Under the pieces are notes generated by a model. It saw only the letters and a list, made by a program, of their open reading frames with translations. It was not told the origin of the DNA and ran no database searches. The position numbers and the translations under genes were made by a program. From Eledone cirrhosa (Eukaryota): a stretch of DNA of 64,000 nucleotides. The DNA lies in contig OZ024740.1 of assembly GCA_964016885.1 (NCBI GenBank), forward strand, positions 136,152,001 to 136,216,000, written 5' to 3'. Below, piece by piece: positions 54,075-64,000 of this stretch (position 1 is its first letter; every line of letters begins with the position of its first letter).

Positions 54075-54945
54075 TCCAACGACTCTGCAGCTGTATTGAA
54101 AGATGTGTGTGGGTGAACGGGAATGACTCCAACTGGTTCTCCATCAAAAGCGGCCTCAGACAGGGCTGCCCCTGACCGCTTCAACTGTGCTATCTGATGA
54201 CCAAGGTCTGTGAGCGAGTTTCTGGCGTTACCTTTGGGAACTACCACCTTACCGACCTGGAGTACGCAGACGACACCACCCTATTCAGCAACTCGATCGA
54301 TCAGCTGAGAGACGCTTGGTTTCTGGTGAGCTGGGCGAAGACCAAGCTGATGCATGTCGGCGATTACCCGTATCCTCCCCCACTTAATATTGGCTCCGAC
54401 GTCATGGAGTTTGTCAGCTCCTTCATTTACCTGGGCTCGACAGTCATCAACAATGCAGACCTGACCCCAGAGATCAACCATAGATGTGGTCTGGCCACTG
54501 GAGTCATGGCCCGTAACAAGACCTTGACAAAAAGGATTGATAGTTTCGATAGCAGAGCTCTGGACATCAGATGGTATCACCACATTTCCAACAAAGAGTT
54601 GGGAGCAAACATACATCAGCCCACAGCCTCCTGCCTCATAGCCATCCTCCGTATGCACCTGTATATACATGTCCTCCACCTTCGCTAGATCCTTCTACAA
54701 GGACCTTACTCACATTCGATGCAGCAGCTACAGACTGGAAGAGCTCCACGGATGGCCCCGTGGCAGGCCCCACACCAGATAGCGGGATCTGATTAAGGAA
54801 GATTTCCAGAAGTTTGACATAGATGCAGAGTAGCTGGCACGGGACCACCAACAATGAAGGGCGCTGGTGAACCTGGTTGGCTCTATGCCCGAGGATGCCT
54901 CTGGGATTGCTGACCTAGGATGAGCCCAGTCCCATCAAGCAAGAA
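54075..54945 (+). pseudogene. RTE-clade LINE RT-to-3' fragment
   Basis: SGLRQGCP, LTDLEYADD, SWAKTKLM, FIYLGS. Confidence 0.85.
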
Positions 54946-55245
54946 TAAAGAAAAAGATCAAGAAAGGAGATGGAGAAAAGCTGAAAGTTCCAATGGTGTA
55001 TGAGTAGGAAAGTGGAATAGCAATTTTCTAAAATAGAACAATCTCCTTCAAGCTCTTTTAGATCTTTCTTTCTATCTCACTCTCCCTGTCTCTTATCTCT
55101 GAGAATGTATATAAATTCATATATGTGTATAATATCTGTGTCTGTATGTGTTAGTGTGTAGATTCATGTTTGTATGTATGCATAGATGTGTATAAATTCA
55201 TATATGCATTTTATGTACCTGTATGTGGATATGTGTATGTATAAA

Positions 55246-55270
<25 letters not shown>

Positions 55271-55279
<9 letters not shown>

Positions 55280-55590
55280 AGATAAAAAGATGGTTAAAAG
55301 AGTTCCATGTATTTTATTATGCGCATTTCAAAAACAAATATCATCATGCAATAACATTTGCGTTTTCGTCAGATAAAATAGAGAGACATGATATGAAGGT
55401 TAAAACACACTTGTGAATAGTGCAGTTTTAAATCAACATATGTTTTTGAAATGCACATAATAAAATACATGGAACTCTTTTAACCATCTTTTGATCTTAT
55501 ATATTATTTATACTCCAGTCCTACAAACTGTAGAGTGCTACTTATCCGATATCTGCATTGCTTTATTGTACTACAATAAAACTCACCTCC
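55271..55590. mobile_element. Inverted-repeat-plus-tail module with a hammerhead
   Basis: Arms at 55271-55336 and 55441-55506, tail to about 55590, (TA)n on both sides. Confidence 0.8.
55311..55379 (-). ncRNA. Type I hammerhead ribozyme
   Basis: Minus strand: attttat-CTGACGA-aaacgcaaat...atttgttttt-GAAA-tgcgca-TA-ataaaat; perfect 7-bp stem I and palindromic stem III. Confidence 0.82.
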
Positions 55591-55614
55591 TACATATATA
55601 TATATATATATATA

Positions 55615-56345
55615 TATGATGCGTGTATCCGAACAGCAATGTTACATGGTAGTGAGACCTGGGCGCTGAAGGTGGAAGACTTACGTAGATTAGAAAGAAA
55701 CGAAGCCTGCATGCTCCGATGGATGTGTAATAGTAATATACGAGAACGACAAAGCATAAATGAATTGAGAGAGAGACTGAGCATAAGAGGAATCAAATGG
55801 TGTGTGCAGGAGAGGCAGTTGCGTTTATGTGGACATGTGATGCGTATGAAGGATGACAGCTGCATAAAAAAGTGCAGAGCACTAGAAATCAATGGAAACC
55901 GCGGAGTGGGGAGACCCAAGAAGACCTGGGATGAGGTGATAAAAGCCGACTTTACCCAATTACACCTCTCAAAGGTGATGACACATGACCGTGACCTCTG
56001 GCGTCACGCAGTAATACAGAGTACCCGACCTCCCATGGGTACAAGCTGAAGTATATAGACAATATGCCCCACACCCTCCCACTGCAAGGTGGTCGTGGAG
56101 GTGCCACGGCAAAAAAGCACCCAGCCCACACTGTAAAGTGGAGTGTAGGCACCACGGAAAAAAGGACCCAGCACTCACTGTAAATGAGGTTGGTGTTAGG
56201 AAGGGCATCCAGCTGTAGAAATCAAGCCAGAATCAGTTCCTGTATTAGCAAGGCATGGTCAACCGACCAGACACTGCCCACAACAGGACAACCTGTCTAA
56301 CCCATGCTAGCATGGAAGAACGGACGTAAAATGGTGATGATGATA
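55615..56345 (+). pseudogene. RTE/BovB-like LINE 3' fragment
   Basis: AMLHGSETWAL..LERNEACMLRWMC..GHVMRM..GRPKKTWDEVIK; the 3' UTR ends in (gat)n. Confidence 0.88.
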
Positions 56346-56429
56346 TATATATAACCAAATGTTAAACAAGGTTCATTGATTAAAACATATATTTTGATTA
56401 TGTGAATGTATCCATTTATTAATATTTTG

Positions 56430-56465
<36 letters not shown>

Positions 56466-56493
56466 TAGAGAGTGAACAACACAAAAATATAAC

Positions 56494-56565
56494 TACTCCA
56501 TTACCAAAGGTTTCTGGATCACAGTCGATAATATATACGTCTGGATCGGTCATCAGATAGAGAAG
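56494..56565 (-). ncRNA. Hammerhead ribozyme motif next to (TA)n
   Basis: Minus strand: ctctat-CTGATGA-ccgatccag...ctgtgatcca-GAAA-cctttgg-TA-atggag. Confidence 0.65.
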
Positions 56566-57069
56566 TTATATAAATAAAAGATATGAAATGAAATTTAAAA
56601 TCTGTTAAAAATTGGAAGTGAGGCTGGAAAAATAACGGGATAAAAATAAAAAAAAAATAAAAACATATAGCAATATGTGTACATACAAATGCACACACAT
56701 ACACGTCTAACTCATGCTAGCCTGGAAGATGGACGTTAAACAAAGATGATGATGATGATACACGCATTCAGGTAAAAGGAAAATATATATACATATGTAT
56801 ACATACATACATGCAAACACACACACATATATAGACACAAACATACATGTACACGGACATACACATATACATATGCATATATATGTATACATACACACAT
56901 ACACATATAAAAACATATACAGACATATACAAATACATATACACACTCACATATATCACATATATATGTATATATATATACACATACATGCATATATACA
57001 TATATATGTATATATGGCACAGATACACTAGTTTGCGAACACACACACATACACACATATCACTTTGAT

Positions 57070-57425
57070 CACCTTGACCGACCAGTCTGTTGCGTGTCCA
57101 TTCAACGCCGCTGGTCACAGCACGCTGTCCATTCCTCTCTGGATCGTGCTTTCCTCATCCATGTAGTCCCAATCGTATTCTTAAAATCGTAACTCCACCC
57201 TTGTGGAGGCCTTCCGAGTGGTCGTTTCCACTCGCGCGGGTACCACTCGGCAACTGCACGGGTCCACCGATTATCGGTGAACTGGGCGACGTGTCCAGTC
57301 CATCTGAACTTGCTGCGCATATATTGTGTGATGACGTCCCTCACACCGGACTTCTGTCTGATGACTTCGCTCCTGATGTGCTCTCTCAACGAGATTCCTA
57401 GCATTGATCTCTCCATGGCTCTTTA
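57070..57425 (-). pseudogene. RTE LINE 3' fragment
   Basis: MERSMLGISLREHIRSEVIRQKSGV..KFRWTGHVA..DNRWT..WYPR..KRPLGRPP..W. Confidence 0.88.
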
Positions 57426-57699
57426 TATAATTATATATATATGAAATGATACGGAAACATTACACACATAGTGTTAAACAAGAATACAGTTACATACGCA
57501 AAACTACAAATGGATACAGAGCATGCATACTTATTAGGTGTTTGTGATTGTCTGTATACTTGCAATTCTGTAAGGGTCATGTATGTAAATGTGTATTTAA
57601 ATATATATACATTTCTCTCCCACCCCTTTTAAATCCTTACATACCAGTCATATGTCCTTAATAGCTGTTTTCATCCTCACAGTACCTCCTCACCCAAGC

Positions 57700-59130
57700 T
57701 GACCGAGATCAGCCCTCTCCTCTTCCTCATAACCCTGTCAAACTTTACCACACTTGTCATATACCCATGACATATTTTCCCAACCACTCTCTACCTCACA
57801 TCATACTCTTGAACATCACCACACAAACCACTCACTTGAAATAGTATACCTGTTGACCTCCTCCTTCCATTGGCACTTATTCATGACATACTTGTCGCCC
57901 TTCTTGCCTCCCCTATTGATTTATCCACCCTGCATAGGGTAGTGAGGACCCCACAGTCAAGTCAATGACCTACAACCTCCTTACTGCAGGTGTCATGATA
58001 AAATTCATCCAATACACTCGGTGAAGTGGTTGATATTAGGAAAGGCATCTAGCCGTAGAAAGCCTGCCAAAATGGATTGAGAGAACTTTTCAGTTATGAC
58101 ATGACAACCTCCCTAGTGCTTGTGCCACGTTAAAATGCACTTGTTAGAAAGTATGTAGATAAGTAAGATGAGGCCTCCCCAGTCCATCCAAAAGGTCAGT
58201 ACCTCCAAATAAGTACTAACTTGGTCTAAAATGACTAACCCCATTCTTGATGGCAGGGAAAACAGATATTGTTAATGATGATGACAATGAAAGAAAGAGA
58301 GAGAGAGAACATATCTATATTTCATAAATTTCTGTCAGATTTAGAAATAATTGGTGACACAAGATCATTTGTAGTGCCTGTCTCTTCTTGCTCAATTATC
58401 ATTATTATGTAATAATGTAATATTAAAAACCATCACAGATTGGATTGATATTCTCCATAGATTACTAAAATATCTTTGGTATCTCTCCCACGCCATATTA
58501 ACTTGATATATAGATCAGACTGATCTTTTCCCTAGATTGAAATAACTTCAGTGTCTATCTTAATGCCTCATTCACACCACTACCATTCAGAGAGCCAAAT
58601 GAAGCTCTCAGACATCTACTACTAATACATGACACCCACCATATCTGACATTACCATCAATATATATATATATTCTTTAATTATTCTATTTATATGTGGT
58701 GGATGTGGACTTCACTGACAACCCATTTAGGACAGCAGTAACTCCAAATAAATAAGTGCATGGAGGAGATAGACACCATAAGCTGCAATGAGTATAGAGA
58801 GGTCACATGAATCCTTACAGACATCCTCTAATACTAGTGGCACAATAAAATGTACCATTCTGTAAAGTGGTTGGTGATAGGAAAAACATCCAACCAGTAA
58901 AGCCATGCCAAAATTATGAATAGTACACACACACATATATATATCATCATCATCTAACATCCATTTTCCACGCTAGCATGGGTTAAACAGGTTGTCCCAT
59001 TAGAGGCAAGTTGGGTCAGGTGACCATGTATTGCTCATATAGAACTGGTTATGGCACGATGCCCTTCCTAATGTCAACCACATTTACAGTGTGTGCTGAG
59101 TGCTTTTTGTCGTGACTCCTACATGACCAC
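57700..59130. mobile_element. Decayed RTE-related 3' UTR / SINE-like fragments
   Basis: Repeated ggtt..t.ttaggaa.ggcatc.agc.gta.aa and catgctagcatggaa...gatgatgat motifs shared with 56190-56345. Confidence 0.55.
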
Positions 59131-59144
59131 TTTACAATTCATAT

Positions 59145-59205
<61 letters not shown>

Positions 59206-59378
59206 TTATTTGCCTCAATATTGGTTTCCAATGTTTTAAAATAATTAATATTATTTCTTGATTCCAGAAACCATGGTTGGGGAAACTGTATGAGTAAAAC
59301 TGACTTATTTTAGTCGGCCTAGCTTATATCCACCAAATCGAGATTTTGCCTTAAGTTTAATTTTTTATATATATAGCA

Positions 59379-59846
59379 TTAGCTGCCAGTGTTTTTCATA
59401 GCTATGGCCTTCTAAATGTTTATTTATAAACATACCGTATTTCTTTAGAAATATGAAATTCAAATACATATTTGTATACAGTTATGTTCGAAGCTAAATT
59501 CTAATTCTATTCTATATCAAGTTGAGCTAACCTATACAGCTTCATATGCTAATGAGATTAATCACCTCATTTACACAGATGAAAAAACTATATATTTTCG
59601 CCTGTTTTCAAAGTCCAGTAGTTGCAAGAGCGGGAGAGATTGTCCTGACGAGAACCAGTTGAGTTCGAAATGGATCGACAATTGTCCCCCTTGCTTCTGC
59701 TGAGCACCACTTGGTGCTGTTAGCTGCCAATGTTTTTCAAAGCTATGACCTTCTAAATGTTTATTTATAAACACCATATTTCTTTAGAAATACGAAATTC
59801 AAATACATATTTGTATACACCTATGTTTGAAGCTAAATTCTAATTC

Positions 59847-59850
<4 letters not shown>
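59379..59850 (+). mobile_element. Retrozyme-like partial tandem repeat (341-nt unit)
   Basis: 59379-59511 is repeated at 59720-59850 with a hammerhead between the copies; (TA)n flanks. Confidence 0.7.
59639..59682 (+). ncRNA. Type I hammerhead ribozyme
   Basis: attgtc-CTGACGA-gaac-cagttga-gttc-GAAA-tgga-TC-gacaat. Confidence 0.85.
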
Positions 59851-59883
<33 letters not shown>

Positions 59884-59884
59884 T

Positions 59885-60150
59885 GTCTCGGGCCTGCAGG
59901 CTCATAGGACTGGTGTTTATCCCAGTTTCCTTAGTGTTAAGCGACAGACAGTACAAAACTCCCCCCATCTGCACAGGATGCCAGTCCATCGCAGGGTTAA
60001 AGCCGCAGCTTACTACTGGTACTAATTTTCAGTAGAGTATACTGCAGCAATGTGAAATGAAGTGTTTTATTTAAGAATACAACACACACCATGGTCCAGG
60101 AATCGAACCCACGACAATATGATTGTAAGTCTAACACACTTACCACGAGA
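59885..60150 (-). mobile_element. tRNA-derived SINE
   Basis: tRNA-like head (ggttcgattcc on the minus strand) and core ggatgccagtccatcgcagggtta. Confidence 0.7.
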
Positions 60151-60464
60151 TAAGAGGTAATATAGTTGAATTGATGAGATATTTGATTGCTGAGTAATGG
60201 GTCATTATTTCAAATCCACTGTGGGTATTGTGTTTTGTAGGGATATTGAATTTCCCATTGTCTCAGTTTACCTTACTAAGAGGTGTTAGTATCACAACTT
60301 GATAAAACTACCTATGGTAGATTATCATACTATTAAACTAAAGAGAGATTCATACTCCATCTGCTACAAAACCTGAAGTTAATTATCAACATTATTGATT
60401 CTTATGATTCATAAAATTATTTAATATTCTGTCACACTTAAAATAAATTATGATTATTTTATTA

Positions 60465-60648
60465 CTAGCAGTGGTACCTGGCATTGCCTTGGGGTCAAAT
60501 ATGTAGAAAAGTTTATTTTTTTGTTATTCTGATAATACTCAACTTATATATATAGTTTTCATAAAATTCTTTACATACACACCGCTTAAAAATGTACACT
60601 TTCAATATTGGTGACATGCAGAGACACACATTCACTGTCTTACAATTA

Positions 60649-60686
<38 letters not shown>

Positions 60687-61897
60687 ATAGGGGTATCACT
60701 ACCAGTAATTCACTGCATTATTCTGGCAACTTTCGGTATTAAACAACGAAAATAATGGCTTATTCAAATGATTGAAATTGAAAGTAGTTTAATGTTTTCA
60801 TATGTTAAGCTGTTGAATCATTACTTTTCCTCTGCTACACTGCAAAGGTTCCTGTGTGGGACTATTGCTTTGTAATTCATCCTATGCATGTGCTCTGAAA
60901 TGATTTGCTGAGCATATATATATATATCAGTGGCGAAGGGTAACCTGGAAAGCAGGGCATGCAGTCCAATCGCCATGGTGGAAAGTGGGGCTGTGCAGCC
61001 ATCCCCCCTCCCAATTCCCTCTAAATGACCCTCCCGGTCAAAGCTGCATGTAGTGTTATCTAGTGTGTGTGTGTGTGTTATCTTTTTATGTGTCTACGAT
61101 TTAGTAAGCAGTCAAAATTCTGCTTGCCCCAAAGCTGTCATGTGTATGTGTGTGTGTTATCTTTTTATGTGTCTACGATTTAGTAAGCAGTCAAAATTCT
61201 GCTTGCCTCAAAGCTGTCGTGTGTTTGTACATATGTTTGTGTGTATGTGTGTGCGTGTGTTATCTTTTTTTGTGTCTATAAGTTTTAGTAAGCAGCCAAA
61301 ATTCTGCTTGCTTCAACCGATGCAATTGATCAACTCAAGATTCTATAACGCATGCACTGCATGCGTTGCATGCACGGACCCTTCGCCCCTGATATATATA
61401 TCTACTTATATATATAACCAGCAATTTCTCTGTGTCTGTCCGACAGTGGAAACACGTGCGTAGAGAGTGAGAGTGAAAGAAAGAGACAGACTGCGAGAGG
61501 GGGATAGCGGGAAGGAGAGGGAGAGAGTGAATAGACGCTAAAACACGTGCTACAGAAACATTACCTTCCCCTCTCCACTGACTTTGGTCACTGAGGCCGA
61601 GGGAATCGCGCTGAGCGCGTCATAATGACGTAATGCAGACAGCCAGACAGATATTATAAGGGCGCAACGTTATATCTATGTATCTATCTAAAAAGAAAGA
61701 CTAAGAATTATATAGAGAGAACGCTAAATCGCCTAATGCGGTCCCTAGGGCATTGAAAATTTGAAATAATTTTTGCTCAAAACACTCACAGGACCATAAG
61801 TATTACATGTCTAAAGTTTGAAAACAATCGGTTGGATGGTTCTCAAGTTTTAGTGAGCTGACAGACAGACAGACATTCTCTGTTTTAGATATATAGA
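60465..61897 (-). mobile_element. Non-autonomous Helitron with nested insertions
   Basis: Minus-strand 5' TCTATATATCTAAAAC with (gtct)n at 61897; decayed hairpin and CTAG|T at 60465. Joining the two ends into one element is an inference. Confidence 0.6.
60928..61391. mobile_element. hAT-like MITE with an internal tandem repeat (unit about 75-105 bp)
   Basis: TIRs cagtggcgaaggg / cccttcgcccctg; atatatat on both sides; three copies of gttatctttttatgtgtcta..agtaagcag.caaaattctgcttgc. Confidence 0.75.
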
Positions 61898-61940
61898 CTA
61901 GCAGAACCCCCCCCCCCCCACCGGGGTGGTTTTCTGCTAG

Positions 61941-62863
61941 TCGATATATATAAAACTGAGGTTGTCTGTCTGTCTTCTATCTACTAAAACGGTCGGCACA
62001 CATCTCCTCCTAAACCGTACGTTCAAATTTCGGTGAAAATGCTCCACTTATAGATGAAGGTCCAGCAGAGACATCGGTCAAAAAAAATTTTCAAATCGAC
62101 CCACGCCAAGTGCAAAAATCGAATTTGTAATGTATTGATTTTTCAGTTCAAATGTATAAATACCGTTGAGAGACGAGTTATTTCCCTTTTATGGCGTCAT
62201 TTGTTTATCTATTTACGTTACGAACAAACTACAAGTGCAAAGGTACAAAAAATACACGAACAGTTTTCGGGCCAGCAATATTTTAACCTGCAAAATTCAT
62301 GAGTTCGAAATTTCAACATTAAGCTTCCATTTTGCTTCATTTCCATTAAAAAGTCTTTTAAAACAATATTTTTACTTGAAAACAAGCCTATTTGAATACT
62401 TCGTAAAACAAGCAAATATTTTGTAAAAAAAACCATTGATCTCGAATAAAGCCTTATGAGATTTTCATTTAGAAGCAATGATTTTAAACGACAGACAGAT
62501 AACGCATTTTTTATTTTTTGTTTTTCATGTCCATCCAATTTATTTGTTTCAAAATAACTGATAGTTTGGTTACGCTGATGTTTTTCTCTGAGACAAGTGT
62601 TGCAGTGTTTACATTTTCGATTTTTGTTAATAGATTACCAGTGCAGTTTTTTTCCACAGCATCCTCTTTTGTTTTAACATTCGGGTTATGGTTATGTTTT
62701 CTTAACTTCATAAGGCATACTGTTGGTTGAGGGAATATTAATCAAAAGTACATGAAAGTCTACACTGTAGACTCTACAGTTTTTAAGCCAAGAAAGGAAC
62801 TTAACATTGTAACTTTAACACAGCTACTGAGCAGCCCCGAGCAACGCCGGGCTTTACTGCTAG
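61941..62863 (+). mobile_element. Non-autonomous Helitron
   Basis: 5' TCgatatatataaaac..(tgtc)n; 3' hairpin cccgagcaacgccggg then CTAG|T, the same hairpin as in the 9987-11270 element. Confidence 0.8.
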
Positions 62864-62869
62864 TATATA

Positions 62870-63090
62870 TACCTATCGATCTCGACTTTCATCAAATCGG
62901 ACCGAGGAAACAATGTTTCCATTGGTCTTTCCAGTTGCTAATACTATCTATCGGTCGCAACTCCAGGTAGAAGGAGCAACGTGAAATAAAGTGTCTTGCT
63001 CAAGGGGCATAACGCATCGCCCGGTCCAGGAATCGAACTCACCTCAAGATTGTGAATCCAATTCTCTAACCACTCATCAACACGCCTTCA
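62870..63090 (-). mobile_element. tRNA-derived SINE, second family
   Basis: ggagcaacgtgaaataaagtgtcttgctcaagg...ccaggaatcgaactc. Confidence 0.75.
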
Positions 63091-63092
63091 CT

Positions 63093-63159
<67 letters not shown>

Positions 63160-63163
<4 letters not shown>

Positions 63164-63348
63164 GTTTCTACGTTAGGCACAAGGCCAGCAATTACCCAGT
63201 GTATTACTGGTACTTCATTTTATCGACCCCGTAAGGATGAAAGGCAAAGTTAACCTCGGCGGGATTTGAACTCAGAATGGCAAGGGCCGTAACTCTATGC
63301 GTCAAAGCATGGCGTCCGACCCTCTACCGATACTGCCAATCCACTGCC
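63160..63348 (-). mobile_element. Young major-family SINE
   Basis: Full-length consensus-like copy. Confidence 0.9.
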
Positions 63349-63364
63349 TTTATATAATGAGTAG

Positions 63365-64000
63365 CAGCAAGTGCCCACAAAATACTAACTCTTTCAATTG
63401 CGCAGAGGGTTCTATAGAAATAGTGGACAGCTTCCGTTACCTGGGTGACAAAATCAGCAGTGGGGGAGGGTGCTCTGAAAGTACAGTAGCTAGAGTCAGA
63501 ACTGGATGGAAAAAGTTCAGAGAGCTTATACCACTATTAGCCGCTAAAGGGTTCTCCCTAAAAATGAAAGGCAGGTTGTATGATGCCTGCATACCAACAG
63601 CAATGTTGCATGGCAGTGAGACCTGGGCATTGTGTGCAGAGCATATACGCAGACTAGAGAGGAACGAAGCTTGCATGCTCCGCTGGATGTGTAATAGTAA
63701 TAAATGTGAACGGCAAAGCATAAACGAACTAAGGAAAAAATTAGAAATAAGAGGGATCAGATGTTGTTTACTCGAGAGAAAGCTACGTTGGTATGGTCAC
63801 GTGATGCGCATGAAAGACGACAGCTGTATAACAAAGTGCAGGGCAATAAAGATAGACGGTAGCCACGGAGTAGGCAGACCCAGAAAAACCTGGGACGAGC
63901 TGATAAATTCCGACCTCACACACTTACACCTCTCCAAGACAATGTCACTGGACCGAGACCTTTGGTGGTACTCAGTAATAGAGAAGACCTGCCTTACCTA
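63365..64000 (+). pseudogene. RTE/BovB-like LINE 3' fragment
   Basis: VDSFRYLGD..RVRTGWKKFREL..LYDACI..AMLHGSETWA..RWYGHVMRM..GRPRKTWDEL; same family as 55615-56049. Confidence 0.88.

Overview
AT-rich eukaryotic, intergenic or intronic DNA made almost entirely of repeats. The dense (TA)n/(CA)n microsatellites and the SINE families suggest a cephalopod (Octopus-like) genome; this is an inference. I found no convincing host protein-coding gene. Recognisable mobile elements: two Penelope-like retroelements (PLEs; a Naiad-type copy with an uninterrupted RT+GIY-YIG frame inserted in (TA)n, and a decayed Neptune-type copy), a Chapaev3-type DNA transposon with TIRs and TAA TSD, Tx1/L1, CR1, RTE and CRE-like LINE fragments, non-autonomous Helitrons, hAT and Tc1/mariner MITEs, and about 20 tRNA-derived SINE copies. 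The most notable signal is about ten type I hammerhead ribozyme motifs and a recurring '(TA)n - inverted repeat - unique tail - microsatellite' module, some copies of which carry the hammerhead. There is also a 341-nt hammerhead-containing partial tandem repeat that looks like a retrozyme. Most short ORFs in the track are microsatellite or shadow artefacts. All coordinates were read by eye and may be off by a few bases.
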